Origin: Hyalangium minutum
GTDB taxonomy: Bacteria; Myxococcota; Myxococcia; Myxococcales; Myxococcaceae
Direction: 5' to 3'
Length of the DNA stretch: 64,000 bases
Assembly (NCBI RefSeq): GCF_000737315.1
Contig: NZ_JMCB01000005.1
Coordinates: 186,001 to 250,000, forward strand
Part shown: one piece after another, positions 1 to 9,319 of the stretch
How the letters are laid out: each line of letters opens with the position of its first letter
Numbering within the stretch: position 1 is the first letter of the stretch
Notes under the pieces: generated by a model
Told to the model about the DNA's origin: nothing
Seen by the model: the letters and a program-made list of their open reading frames with translations, nothing else
Databases searched by the model: none
Made by a program: the position numbers and the translations under genes

Positions 1-160
1 GACCGTTCGAAGATGGGCACGTGGCGCCCGTGGCGGCGCCTCCGGGGTGATGCCCGTCCTCGTCTTCTCCGCCACCACACCCTCCGTTGTCTGCGTGCCC
101 GAGGCACAGGTAGGCAGCGAGGGCGAGCGGACCAAGGCGATACAGGGAGCGGAAGGTCAT
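1..160 (-). CDS. Putative secreted lipoprotein, 3'-truncated by window edge (not in ORF track)
   Basis: Manual translation from ATG at 160: MTFRSLYRLGPLALAAYLCLGHADNGGCGGGEDEDGHHPGGAATGATCPSSNG; signal-like N-terminus, GGC lipobox-like site, open to the edge, same strand as mbnH. Confidence 0.65.
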   Translation of the reverse strand, partial: MTFRSLYRLGPLALAAYLCLGHADNGGCGGGEDEDGHHPGGAATGATCPSSNG

Positions 161-392
161 GGCAGGACTCGAAGGAAGGACAGCCACCGGGAGACGGGGC
201 GCCAGGGCCACAATCCAGCAGGACGTTCCCTGCGGAGGTGTGGCGAAATGCCGCATGCTCGGGATTGGGGTTCTTCTTTACGAAGCAAGCGGCTCCCCTG
301 TCGGAAATCCCCGGAGAGTTCGTACTCCGAGGCAGGTCATCGCCCCGGGAGGCTGGAGGTCCGCTGGCCTCCAGCGCTGTCGCTGCGTCCGC

Positions 393-1514
393 TCAGGGAG
401 CGGCGTTGAACGGATCCGACAGACTCGGATCTGTGAGGAACGTGGGGTCGGTGAGAGACTCCAGGAACGCCAGGACGTCCTCCTTCTCCTGCGGCGTGAG
501 GGTGAAGCCCCGCACGAACTCGCTCTGATAGGGGCTCGGGCCGGTGCCCTGGGCACCGGCCCGCCCTCCTGCCGCGTAGTGGTCCAGCACCTCGCTCAGT
601 GTCGCGATAGAGCCATCGTGCATGTACGGCGCCGTGACGGCGATGTTGCGGAGCGTGGGAGAGCGGTAGCGCCCGGTGTCCTCCGACTTGCCAGTGAACT
701 CGAGCAGCCCGGTGTCCGTGGCGGGATAACCTCCGTGTCCATCCACGTTGTAGAGGTTGGTGTTGTGGAAGGTGATCTCAGGGAACACCGTCTCCTTGCT
801 CTTCACCGAGTCGCTGAACGCGAACCCCTGGTGGCAGTGGAAGCACTCCAGGCGCTCCGAGAAGAACAGCGTCATGCCCCGCTTGGCTGACAGGGACATT
901 GCGTCCAGCTCGTTGCCGTACGTGTACCGGTCATAAGGAGAGCTCCCCGAGATCAGCGTGCGCTCGAAGGCCGCAATTGCCCGGACGATCGAGCTCAAGG
1001 AAATCGGCTGCTTCTCCTTCGGAAACGCAGCGGCGAAGAGCTTCGGGTACCGCGCGTCCTCCGAGAGCCGCTGCAGCAGCATCTCCTCCTGGCCCGCCAG
1101 CCCCAGCTCGATAGGGTGCTCGCCGAAGATGGGCACCAGGGCCTGGGCCTCGAGGTCCGGCAAGACGGGGTTGGCCCAGGTGAGGCTGGCGGCATAAGCC
1201 ACGTTGGCCAGGGACATGGAGTTGCGCCGGTGGGACTCGCCCGTGGAGCCGAGCGCCGTCGTCCGCCCATCCGAGAACGCGCGCTCCTGGAGGTGGCAGC
1301 TTCCGCACGCCTGGGTGCCATTGGCGGAGAGCCGCGTGTCATAGAAGAGGTGCCGCCCCAGCTCCACCTTGGCAGTGCTCATGGGGTTGTCAGCGGGCAC
1401 CGCCGGCTCGGGAAACCCGAGTGGCAGATTCCACTGGAAAGGCTCCTCCGCGTCTCCACAGGCCGTGCTCAACAGCAGCACCAAGCCCAGGCACCACCTC
1501 CGAGCGTCGCGCAT
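393..1514 (-). CDS. mbnH: MbnH-family di-heme enzyme (bCcP/MauG superfamily), lipoprotein
   Basis: Two CxxCH motifs (CGSCH, CFHCH), RNSMSLANVAY..LTWANP, PYMHDGS, lipobox STAC; adjacent to MbnP-like gene. Confidence 0.9.
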   Translation of the reverse strand: MRDARRWCLGLVLLLSTACGDAEEPFQWNLPLGFPEPAVPADNPMSTAKVELGRHLFYDTRLSANGTQACGSCHLQERAFSDGRTTALGSTGESHRRNSMSLANVAYAASLTWANPVLPDLEAQALVPIFGEHPIELGLAGQEEMLLQRLSEDARYPKLFAAAFPKEKQPISLSSIVRAIAAFERTLISGSSPYDRYTYGNELDAMSLSAKRGMTLFFSERLECFHCHQGFAFSDSVKSKETVFPEITFHNTNLYNVDGHGGYPATDTGLLEFTGKSEDTGRYRSPTLRNIAVTAPYMHDGSIATLSEVLDHYAAGGRAGAQGTGPSPYQSEFVRGFTLTPQEKEDVLAFLESLTDPTFLTDPSLSDPFNAAP

Positions 1515-1519
1515 GGCCG

Positions 1520-2389
1520 CTACTCCTTTCGGAAGAAGGTCTGAGCGCTCGGAGTCCCCTGAGCGCTGCCAAAGCCGAGCCCCAGCCGTTGGAAGATCGG
1601 AGCACAGTCCTCGTCCGTGCCCTCGGACATGCAGCCCGGCGCCGTCTGGGCCTGGTTCGTGTCCATGTTGGAGCCCGCGAACAGCGCGGCGACGTCCAGC
1701 ACCACACCGCTCGCTCCGGTGGGATCAAAGTTGGAGAGCTCCACGTCGAAGCGGTTGGGCCGCTGGCACGAGGTGACCTGGTTGGGGCCGGACGTCTGGC
1801 ACTCGGTGCTGCCCAGGTGGAGGTTGTGCCCGGTGGGCAGCCCCGAGGTGCGCCCGTCCAGGCGGATGAACTTGTAGCCCCCGGCCCAGCCCCAGAAGAG
1901 TGTGCTGACGTTGAAGGGCGCGCTGGCAATGGACGCGTCCTGGTGGTTCTTCTCGAAGGGCATGCCCACGGTGAAGCGCAGACCCACGTAGTTGCCTCTC
2001 GGAGCCGTGCCCACGATGCGGTCGTTCATCGCCTGGGTCCCGTTGGCGCACAGGCCCGTCTTGTCCTCGAAGTCGAGCAGCACCACCCCTTCCTTCTGCC
2101 AGGCTCCGTCGTCCGTCAGCGCCAGAGGCACTTCCTCGGAGGCCTGGTTGATCAGCCGCACGTTGTGCACGTAGAGCCGGAAGTCTTTGGGCTCGTAGGT
2201 GGTGCCCGTGGTCCCCAAGCCCGTGTACGTCTGCCCACAGGCGAAGGGTTGGGTGCCTACGCGGGGCTTGAAGGTAAGGGCCACGTCGATGGGGCCGTCA
2301 TCGGGATGATTGGGCTCGTCATCTCCACACCCGGAAGCCGCAAGAGCGGTGAGGACCAGCAGCAGGATTCTTTCGAGAGGGCGCGTCAC
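1520..2389 (-). CDS. mbnP: MbnP-family copper-binding lipoprotein (metallo-mystery pair)
   Basis: WGWAGGYKF (WxW motif), HLGSTEC, PGCMS, several Cys, lipobox ASGC; 5 bp from mbnH. Confidence 0.88.
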   Translation of the reverse strand: MTRPLERILLLVLTALAASGCGDDEPNHPDDGPIDVALTFKPRVGTQPFACGQTYTGLGTTGTTYEPKDFRLYVHNVRLINQASEEVPLALTDDGAWQKEGVVLLDFEDKTGLCANGTQAMNDRIVGTAPRGNYVGLRFTVGMPFEKNHQDASIASAPFNVSTLFWGWAGGYKFIRLDGRTSGLPTGHNLHLGSTECQTSGPNQVTSCQRPNRFDVELSNFDPTGASGVVLDVAALFAGSNMDTNQAQTAPGCMSEGTDEDCAPIFQRLGLGFGSAQGTPSAQTFFRKE

Positions 2390-2488
2390 GGTGTGGAACC
2401 TCCAAGCGGGATGGCTGTTGGCACAGCGGAAGGCGTGCGATTAGCAGCAGATCCTCGAGGGGCCCACGCGGCATGTTGCCGCAGGACT

Positions 2489-3217
2489 TCAGGGCGAGGC
2501 TACGACGGCAGTTGAGCTGGCGACATTGCGCAGCACTTGAGTCGCAGCATCCGAGGCCAACGCCGAGGTTCCATTCAGCCATTGATCATAGTGCAGGGTG
2601 AGCCACTGCTCGGACTCCAGCTGCTCCGCCGAGAGAGCGAGCGATTCGAGCGGCAGCTCCACGTTCATGACGCCCGAGCTCTCCAGCCGGAAAGGCTGGA
2701 GCGCGTCATCTCCCTGGGGACGTGCCCAGCCCTCCAGCACGAATGTCCGATCCTTCATGCTGCCATCCACAGGCAGGCCCTCGGCATCCGCATCCGCGGG
2801 CCCGAAGACGAGGTGGATGCGGCAATAGCGTCCCGGCGGCGGACGCAGGACCCCAAGCGTCAGAGGCTCTCCATCCGGCCGCTCCAGGCTGCTCACGGAA
2901 GGGGTTCCCAAGCGCAAGGGACTGGACGCGGTGTGAGCGTGCGCGGTGCCCACAGGGGACAGCTCTCGCAGCCAGCGCAGCGCGGTGGACTCGGGGCAGG
3001 GGATGAGCTCCACGCTGTTCACGGTGATGGAGGCCCGGGTCAGGGTGATCTGCTCTTGCCGATCGGTGGTGAAGTTCCGGGCCGTGCCTGTTGCCTTGGT
3101 GGCATTGGCGGCCTGGTGCGACAGCTTGAGCTGCAGTCGGATGCCCTCCTCGCGAGAGCCGCAGCCGGGCAGAGACAAGGAGACGAGGGCCGCGAGCAGG
3201 AAGGGGAGCTTCTTCAT
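2489..3217 (-). CDS. Hypothetical lipoprotein with AHAH motif
   Basis: Signal MKKLPFLLAALVSLSLPGC; VGTAHAHT; 4-bp overlap with upstream gene. Confidence 0.75.
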   Translation of the reverse strand: MKKLPFLLAALVSLSLPGCGSREEGIRLQLKLSHQAANATKATGTARNFTTDRQEQITLTRASITVNSVELIPCPESTALRWLRELSPVGTAHAHTASSPLRLGTPSVSSLERPDGEPLTLGVLRPPPGRYCRIHLVFGPADADAEGLPVDGSMKDRTFVLEGWARPQGDDALQPFRLESSGVMNVELPLESLALSAEQLESEQWLTLHYDQWLNGTSALASDAATQVLRNVASSTAVVASP

Positions 3218-4104
3218 AAGTCGAACGCCACGGCGGCCTGCACGATGGGCGTCTGCCGGACGCGGCCGCTCAAGAGGTTGAGGACAGGCGCTCGGACGCC
3301 GAGCTGCAGGACCATGTCCGTGGTGGGACTGAAGAGGAACTCGGGCGACAGGTAGCCGATGAACCCGCTGCCCTCCGTGTCGCGCTCACCCAAGAGGGTG
3401 CTGGCGCCTTCCAGGCGCGTATCCGCAGCGACCCTCAGTGCCCAGGAGGTGCTCGGCTGGAACTGCGCTGCCAGCGTGCTCCGCAGAGAGGCTCCGCTAC
3501 GGAAGCCCAGGCGTCCCTCGGTGGACACGGTACCGGTCGTGCTGACGACGAAGGACCAGGCCCCTTGGAATGTCGTGTAGGCCAGCCCCACGAACGGATC
3601 CACGGAGCCAGTGCCCAGCTGTGCATCGATCGAGAGAGGGGTCCCCTGTGCGTCCCGTAACGTGGGGGACGTGGGCAGCTCCGAGCCAACGAGCACCGAG
3701 AGGAGGTGATCCGGAGAGAACGCTCGATCGCGGAAGACGAAGAGCTTGGCGCTGACCTCCAGGTCTCCCGGCCCCAGCGCCTGCTCGCGCGTCAGGCTGA
3801 CGTCTCGCAGTGTCCGGGCCTGAAGGGGCAGGGTGGCGGACAACATGAGCCACGGCAGCGGCGCATAGGCCGCCGAGACGTCCACGCGCAGCTCTCGCAG
3901 GGTGACAGCATCCAGGGAGTCATCGCCCACGGTCTGGCCCCAGGCTCGGGTGACAGCCGCCACGCGCAGTCGTCCCGAGAAGGGCTGCTCCGTTCCCATC
4001 GTGGTGAGCGTGGGGTCTCCACAGGCACAGGAGGCACAGGCTCGTGCGGGCGAAGACAAGAGCAAGAGCGCCACCGGGAGCAGCGCGACACAGGACTTCC
4101 ACAT
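3214..4104 (-). CDS. Outer-membrane beta-barrel transporter-like protein with N-terminal CASCACG motif
   Basis: Signal peptide from MWKSCV, amphipathic strands, C-terminal VAFDL; start trimmed from ORF 3214..4137. Confidence 0.7.
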   Translation of the reverse strand: MWKSCVALLPVALLLLSSPARACASCACGDPTLTTMGTEQPFSGRLRVAAVTRAWGQTVGDDSLDAVTLRELRVDVSAAYAPLPWLMLSATLPLQARTLRDVSLTREQALGPGDLEVSAKLFVFRDRAFSPDHLLSVLVGSELPTSPTLRDAQGTPLSIDAQLGTGSVDPFVGLAYTTFQGAWSFVVSTTGTVSTEGRLGFRSGASLRSTLAAQFQPSTSWALRVAADTRLEGASTLLGERDTEGSGFIGYLSPEFLFSPTTDMVLQLGVRAPVLNLLSGRVRQTPIVQAAVAFDL

Positions 4105-4172
4105 GGTGCGCTGTACTCTACCGGTGGCTCGTCCCATGGTCCCTGCGGTGTGTTGTCGCGGTGACGAGAGCG

Positions 4173-4210
4173 CGGAGCGCGGCCCGAGGAAGAGAAGGGA
4201 CCGCGCTCCG
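4173..4210 (-). terminator. GC-rich hairpin downstream of the ABC ATPase gene
   Basis: Arms cggagcgcggccc (4173-4185) and gggaccgcgctccg (4197-4210); no clear U-tract. Confidence 0.4.
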
Positions 4211-4221
4211 GAGCGCAGGGT

Positions 4222-4950
4222 TCAAGCGGTGGTGCGCAGCGGGAACTGCCGCATCACGGCCTCGGTGAAGGTGCGCGCGCCCGTGTGTGCGCACACCTCG
4301 GAGATGGTCCCCTGGTCAACGATGGCGCCGGCGTGCATCAGCAGCACCCGGTCGCACAGGAACTCGGCATCGCTCAGCGAGCGGGTGGCCAGCAGCACCG
4401 CCTTGCCCGCGTCGCGCGCGGCCCGGATAGACATCAGCACGAAGTGGCTGCCCATCAAATCCAACGAGTGGGTGGGCTCGTCCAGGATGAGCGCCGGAGG
4501 ATCGTGCAGCAGCGCACGCGCCAGGTTGAGCCGCTGCTGTTGGTCGGGTTGCAACGTCGCGACGGGCAGATCCACGAACCGCTCCAGCTCGAAGGCGTTC
4601 ACCACCGCTTCGATGCGCGCCTCCAGCTCCAGCGGAGGCACGCCGTGCAGTTGGCCGCGCTGCTTGAGCAGCTCGCGAGGCGTGGGCCGGGTCGGCAGGT
4701 TGCAGTCACCGGCGGCGTAGCCCACCCGGTTTTTGATGCGGAACGGATCCATCAGGGTGCTCAGCCCCGCCACCACGCCCTCGCCTGAGGACGGCGTGAC
4801 GAACCCCGCCAGCATCTTCAGCAGCGTGGACTTCCCAGCGCCCCGAGGACCGATGATGCCCACCACCTCGCCGCGGGACACGGTGAACCGCACGTTCCGG
4901 ACTGAAGTGCCTCCCTGGACGTTCTTCGACAAATCCCTGGCTTCAATCAC
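4222..4950 (-). CDS. ABC transporter ATP-binding protein with degenerate motifs
   Basis: Walker A GPRGAGKST, Walker B LILDEP; GTG start at 4950 (IEARDLSK) after GGGGG; signature reads LQPDQ. Confidence 0.8.
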   Translation of the reverse strand: MIEARDLSKNVQGGTSVRNVRFTVSRGEVVGIIGPRGAGKSTLLKMLAGFVTPSSGEGVVAGLSTLMDPFRIKNRVGYAAGDCNLPTRPTPRELLKQRGQLHGVPPLELEARIEAVVNAFELERFVDLPVATLQPDQQQRLNLARALLHDPPALILDEPTHSLDLMGSHFVLMSIRAARDAGKAVLLATRSLSDAEFLCDRVLLMHAGAIVDQGTISEVCAHTGARTFTEAVMRQFPLRTTA

Positions 4951-5319
4951 GATGCACGAACCCCCATTCAGCGAAGCCTCCACGGGCAAACCCCTGGCCG
5001 TGCCAACGCCTCGCTGTCGCGGCGCCGGAAGAATCCCTGTCTTGATGGAGCGCCAGGGGCCGTCTGGCGACACTGCGACTTCTCGACGCCTCCCGGCATT
5101 CACCACCGGGTCCTTCTTCACCGCCGGGTGAGCACACGGCAGCGGGGGGGAGGGGACGAGCTGATCCGCCTCAGCATGCGAGCGCTGGTTCGCTCGCACG
5201 CTTCAGAGACAGTAACGGCGTGCATAAGGGGCGTCAATACGGGGTCCCACGCACGAATCCGACCTACCCAGGAAGAGCTGCCAGAGCGGCGCGCTCACCG
5301 GAAGGGAGGGGTGGGGCGC

Positions 5320-5829
5320 TCAGCTCTGAGGAGGAGAACGAGGTGCCTCGGGTTCTCGCTGTGAATCCTTCGCGATGCGGTGGCGCTTGCTGAAGCGCTC
5401 GATCCAGTGCTCCACGGGGCGCAAGCCCACGAGCACCACGAGCGCGAAGCCCACGGTCACGGAGGCGCCCAGGAAGAAGCCGAAGCCCGCCGCGAGGCCC
5501 ACGGAGGCCGTGAGCCAGAGGTTGGCGGCGGTGGTGAGCCCGTGCACGGAGGTGCCGTGGCGGAAGATGGCGCCGCCCCCCAGGAAGCCGATGCCCACGA
5601 CAATCTGGCTGGCGATGCGGGTCACGTCAGCCCGGATGAACGAGGGCTCAGCGCTGTCGACCGCCTGTCCCGCGGTGACGCTGACCAACGTGAAGAGGCA
5701 AGAGCCCAGGCTCACGAGCAGGTGCGTGCGCAGGCCGGCGGCATGCCCGCGCAGCTCCCGCTCCAGCCCGAGCAGCCCGCCCAGCACCAGGGCCAGCGCC
5801 AGGCGCGCGATGAGGGTGCGCTCGTCCAC
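5320..5829 (-). CDS. mgtC: MgtC/SapB family membrane protein
   Basis: GLERE...AGLRTHLLVSLG, RIASQIVVGIGFLGGG, GLTTAANLW. Confidence 0.92.
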   Translation of the reverse strand: MDERTLIARLALALVLGGLLGLERELRGHAAGLRTHLLVSLGSCLFTLVSVTAGQAVDSAEPSFIRADVTRIASQIVVGIGFLGGGAIFRHGTSVHGLTTAANLWLTASVGLAAGFGFFLGASVTVGFALVVLVGLRPVEHWIERFSKRHRIAKDSQREPEAPRSPPQS

Positions 5830-5835
5830 GGAGGG

Positions 5836-6432
5836 CTACTCTCCCAGCTCGATCTTCTCGTCGATGTCCTGATCGTTGAGCTTGGGCTTGGGCAGCGTGT
5901 CGAGCGTGGCCTGGAGCAGCTTGTACGTGGGGACGACGAAGGGCTCCACCTCGGGGCCGAACTGCTGCACGTACTGCGCGGTGCGCTCGCGGAACTTCTC
6001 GTCGCTCGCGCCCCAGCTGCCCGCGGCCTCGGCGCTCCAGACGTCCTCGCCGTCCACGCAGCGCATGAGCCGGGCCCTCACGGCCACGTCCGCGCCGTCC
6101 TGGGTGGCCGTCACCTGCGGATCCAGGTGGAGCACGCCCTCGATGCCCTCGACGCACTGGGCCTTCAGCGCCTCAGGGGTGGCGGGCTCGGCCAGGGTGA
6201 CGTTGGCCTTCACCAAGAAGTCCCGGTTCTGGTTGACGTACTGGCGGGCGATGAGGCTCCACAGCTCGCCCAGGGCCTGCTTGCCGGCGGGGAACGGCTG
6301 CGTCACCACCGCCAGGCGCTTCACCCGCTCCCTGTCCATCTGCTCGTAGTCGGGGCGCGTGAAGCTGTTCTTCACCGTGGCACAGGCGGCGAGCGTGGTC
6401 AGGCCCACCGCGAGCGCGAGTCGCTTCGTCAT
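5836..6432 (-). CDS. MXAN_6521/LA_1396-family lipoprotein
   Basis: Lipobox LAAC, alpha/beta body with LIARQYVNQNRDFLVK; downstream of MMPL gene. Confidence 0.75.
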   Translation of the reverse strand: MTKRLALAVGLTTLAACATVKNSFTRPDYEQMDRERVKRLAVVTQPFPAGKQALGELWSLIARQYVNQNRDFLVKANVTLAEPATPEALKAQCVEGIEGVLHLDPQVTATQDGADVAVRARLMRCVDGEDVWSAEAAGSWGASDEKFRERTAQYVQQFGPEVEPFVVPTYKLLQATLDTLPKPKLNDQDIDEKIELGE

Positions 6433-6519
6433 CGTCGTCTCCCTCTCCCAGCCCCTCCGGGAGGAGGGGCCTCGTTCATCATGGCCGGGGCGGTGAGCCC
6501 TGGAACCCCTGGCGCCGGC

Positions 6520-9132
6520 TCAGGCCGCCCGGGTCTCGCTGCCGCTGCCTCCACCGGAGGCCGTGCCGTCCGAGGGCGGCCGCTGCCCGCTCTTGCGCAC
6601 GCGCCGGTCGTGCATCAGCTGCATCACCGCGGCGAGCACCGTGAAGGACACCAGCAGCGTGGTGATGAGACCGATGCAGGCGACCACGCCCATGGAGCGC
6701 AGGCCGATGTGGCTGGCCGCCAGCAGCGCGGCGAAGCCGGACACCGCCGTCAGTGTCGAGGAGGCCACCGCGGCGCCCACGCTGCGCAGCGCCACCACCG
6801 GCGAGGTGCCTTCCAGGAAGCGGTGCAACAGATAGAGGCCGTGGCTCACCCCGAAGCCCAGGAGGATGGGCAGGATGATGATGTTCATGAAGTTCAGCCG
6901 CAGATCGAAGATCGACATGAACCCCAGCATCATCGCCAAGCCCACGGTGAGCGGGATGACGGACGCGAGCGCCAGCGGCACGCTGCGGAAGTCCGCGAAG
7001 TGCATGATGAGGATCCACAGCGCCACCAGGATGACGGTGAGCTGGCCGTCCTTGAGGACGATGCGCGCCAGCCGCGCGTAGAGCTGCGCGGCGCCGGCGG
7101 AGCGGAACTCCTTGCCGGAGGCGGTCTTGATGACGCTCGTCTCGTCGGCGAACTGGAGCATCAGCTTGCCGTCCCACAGGTCCACGCTCGGGTAGATGAA
7201 CGTGAGGAAGCCGTGGTTCTCCAGCTTGGTCTCCGGCAGGTGACGGAACTGCTTGGCGTAGATGTCCGGCACGCCGTTCACGTCGAAGGGCCGAGCCTCC
7301 AACATCTTCTTGAAGATGCCGGCCTTCTCTTGCATCTCGGGCGGCAGGGCGGCGACGTCGATCTCCTTCAGCTCCTCCTGCCACTCCTGGAGGATCTTCG
7401 CGTTGGCCTTCGCGTTCTCCGGCGGAGGCACGAACGTGTAGATGCTCACCACCTGGTCGATGGACTTGTACTTCTCCGGGTGGCCGGTGAGCTCGTCGTA
7501 GACCTCCTTCGCCTCCTCGAGCGTCTTCGTGTAGACGGCGATGGGATCGCTGGAGATCTGGAACCGGCGGGCAATCTCATCCTGGAGCTGCACGGAGGGC
7601 TGCTTGGCCGGCATCAGCGCGCGGGTGTTGTAGTTGAAGCGCACGCCATGCTGGATGCGCTCGTGCAGCGGCAGCTCCTTGCTGGCGGACACCTCCTGGC
7701 TGCTCCAAGGGATGGCGCACGCGCACACCACGGCGACGATGACGGAGCTGATGCCCAGCAGCAGCCCGGGGCGCGGGAAGCGGATCTCCTTGCCCGAGGC
7801 GTTGATGGTGGCCGGCGGCTTCATGGTGCCGATGAGCTTCTCGGGCAGCGCCGGGTTCATGCGGCCGATGAGCGCCAGCAGCGCCGGGCTCCAGGAGAAC
7901 AGCGTCAGGCCGAGGATGAGCGTGCCGCTGCCGGCCAGGAAGCCGAACTGGCTGAAGCCGCGGAACTCGCTGACCATCAGCACGTAGAACGAGCCCGCCG
8001 TCACCACCGCGGACACCGCGGCGGGGCGGCCCGCGTTGATGATCGCGTCCCGGATGGCGATGTCGTACGGCTTGCCCGCGCCCAGCTCCAGCCTCGTGCG
8101 GAAGACGAAGTGGATGCCGAAGTCGATGCCGAAGCCCATCAGGATGCCACCGAGGATGCTGGTGATCATGTTGAGCTCACCCACGGTGGCGTAGGTGAAG
8201 CCCATGGTGATGATGGTGCCAATCACCATGCCGCTCACCACGATGACGGTGGGCGCCCACTTGCGGAAGAAGGCAATCGTGATGGCGAGGATGGCCAGGA
8301 ACGCAATCACGGCCACCGGCTGCAGCGACTCCTCGATGGCGTACGAGTCATCCACCGCCGTCTTGTACGAGCCGGTGTAGCCGTAGGCGACCGTCTTCGC
8401 GTCGCCCATCGCGTCGTAGTCCTCGACCAGCTTCACGCCCTGCGGGTTCGTCTTCGAGTACTCGGCCAGGTCCTTGTTGAGCTTCTCGACGTACGCCTTC
8501 GTCTTGCCGAGCTCGTTGGTGTCCCACATCGGCTTGATGAGGATCATCATCATCTTGCGGTCAGGCGAGATGTAGTAGTCGTCGATGATGCTCTTCTTGC
8601 CCACGCTCGAGTACTTCGAGATGAGGTCCTGCAGGTCGAGCTTCACGGGCTCGGTCTTCTTCAGCTCGATGAAGAAGGGGTTGTTGCGCCGGAGCTGATC
8701 CTTCATGTACGCGCTGATGCGCTTCTTGCCCTCGGCCAGGTCCTCCGTCTTGATGAAGAGGGCCATGTTCTGCTGCACGAACTCGACCGGAATCTTGTAG
8801 GTGAAGAAACGGACGTTCTCCTTGTCCGCATCCAGCCGGGCCGCGATGTCATCCGCGACGCGCTTGAGCGTGGGCTCGTCCGAGGAGCGCAGCGCGAGCA
8901 TGAAGTAGCCGCTGCCGCCCACCATGTCGATGATGCGCTTGACCTCCTTCACCTCGGGCAGCTCCTGAGAGATCAGGTCGAGCTGGTTCGAGTTGATGGT
9001 CAGCTTGGACGTGCCGTAGAGCGAGATGCCCAGCAGCGCGAGGATGACGAGGAGGACCGTTCCCGGCCTGCGGACCATCAGTCCGGCATAGGCGAGGGCA
9101 AAGCGGTTTGGGGGGTGGGACGAGGTGCTCAT
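6520..9132 (-). CDS. MMPL/RND-family lipid transporter
   Basis: Two repeats of TM + large periplasmic loop + 5 TM; GIDFGIHF and GFGVSHGLYLLHRF helices; 870 aa. Confidence 0.88.
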   Translation of the reverse strand: MSTSSHPPNRFALAYAGLMVRRPGTVLLVILALLGISLYGTSKLTINSNQLDLISQELPEVKEVKRIIDMVGGSGYFMLALRSSDEPTLKRVADDIAARLDADKENVRFFTYKIPVEFVQQNMALFIKTEDLAEGKKRISAYMKDQLRRNNPFFIELKKTEPVKLDLQDLISKYSSVGKKSIIDDYYISPDRKMMMILIKPMWDTNELGKTKAYVEKLNKDLAEYSKTNPQGVKLVEDYDAMGDAKTVAYGYTGSYKTAVDDSYAIEESLQPVAVIAFLAILAITIAFFRKWAPTVIVVSGMVIGTIITMGFTYATVGELNMITSILGGILMGFGIDFGIHFVFRTRLELGAGKPYDIAIRDAIINAGRPAAVSAVVTAGSFYVLMVSEFRGFSQFGFLAGSGTLILGLTLFSWSPALLALIGRMNPALPEKLIGTMKPPATINASGKEIRFPRPGLLLGISSVIVAVVCACAIPWSSQEVSASKELPLHERIQHGVRFNYNTRALMPAKQPSVQLQDEIARRFQISSDPIAVYTKTLEEAKEVYDELTGHPEKYKSIDQVVSIYTFVPPPENAKANAKILQEWQEELKEIDVAALPPEMQEKAGIFKKMLEARPFDVNGVPDIYAKQFRHLPETKLENHGFLTFIYPSVDLWDGKLMLQFADETSVIKTASGKEFRSAGAAQLYARLARIVLKDGQLTVILVALWILIMHFADFRSVPLALASVIPLTVGLAMMLGFMSIFDLRLNFMNIIILPILLGFGVSHGLYLLHRFLEGTSPVVALRSVGAAVASSTLTAVSGFAALLAASHIGLRSMGVVACIGLITTLLVSFTVLAAVMQLMHDRRVRKSGQRPPSDGTASGGGSGSETRAA

Positions 9133-9319
9133 TGCGGGGGGACCCTACCGGCAAATGGCCCGTCTCGGAAGCAGCGCCTGCGCGCCCGGTTGCTGGGGCG
9201 GCGTCCGCGCTACAGGTTGAGCCCGGGAGGGAGGCGGCCGGGCGCCTACCCCTGATGCAGGACGGGCCTCCTCCCGAGGTAGGAAGAGGCCCAGCCGGAT
9301 GCCACACAGACGGGTGGGG

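Noticed and set aside
6441-6470. REP-like hairpin gcccctcc/ggaggggc between the MMPL and lipoprotein genes
   Set aside because: Single short copy in the window; could be an mRNA-stabilising stem; family membership not supportable
5380-9255. 1291-aa plus-strand ORF
   Set aside because: Antisense shadow of the MMPL, lipoprotein and MgtC genes; low-complexity translation caused by GC3 bias
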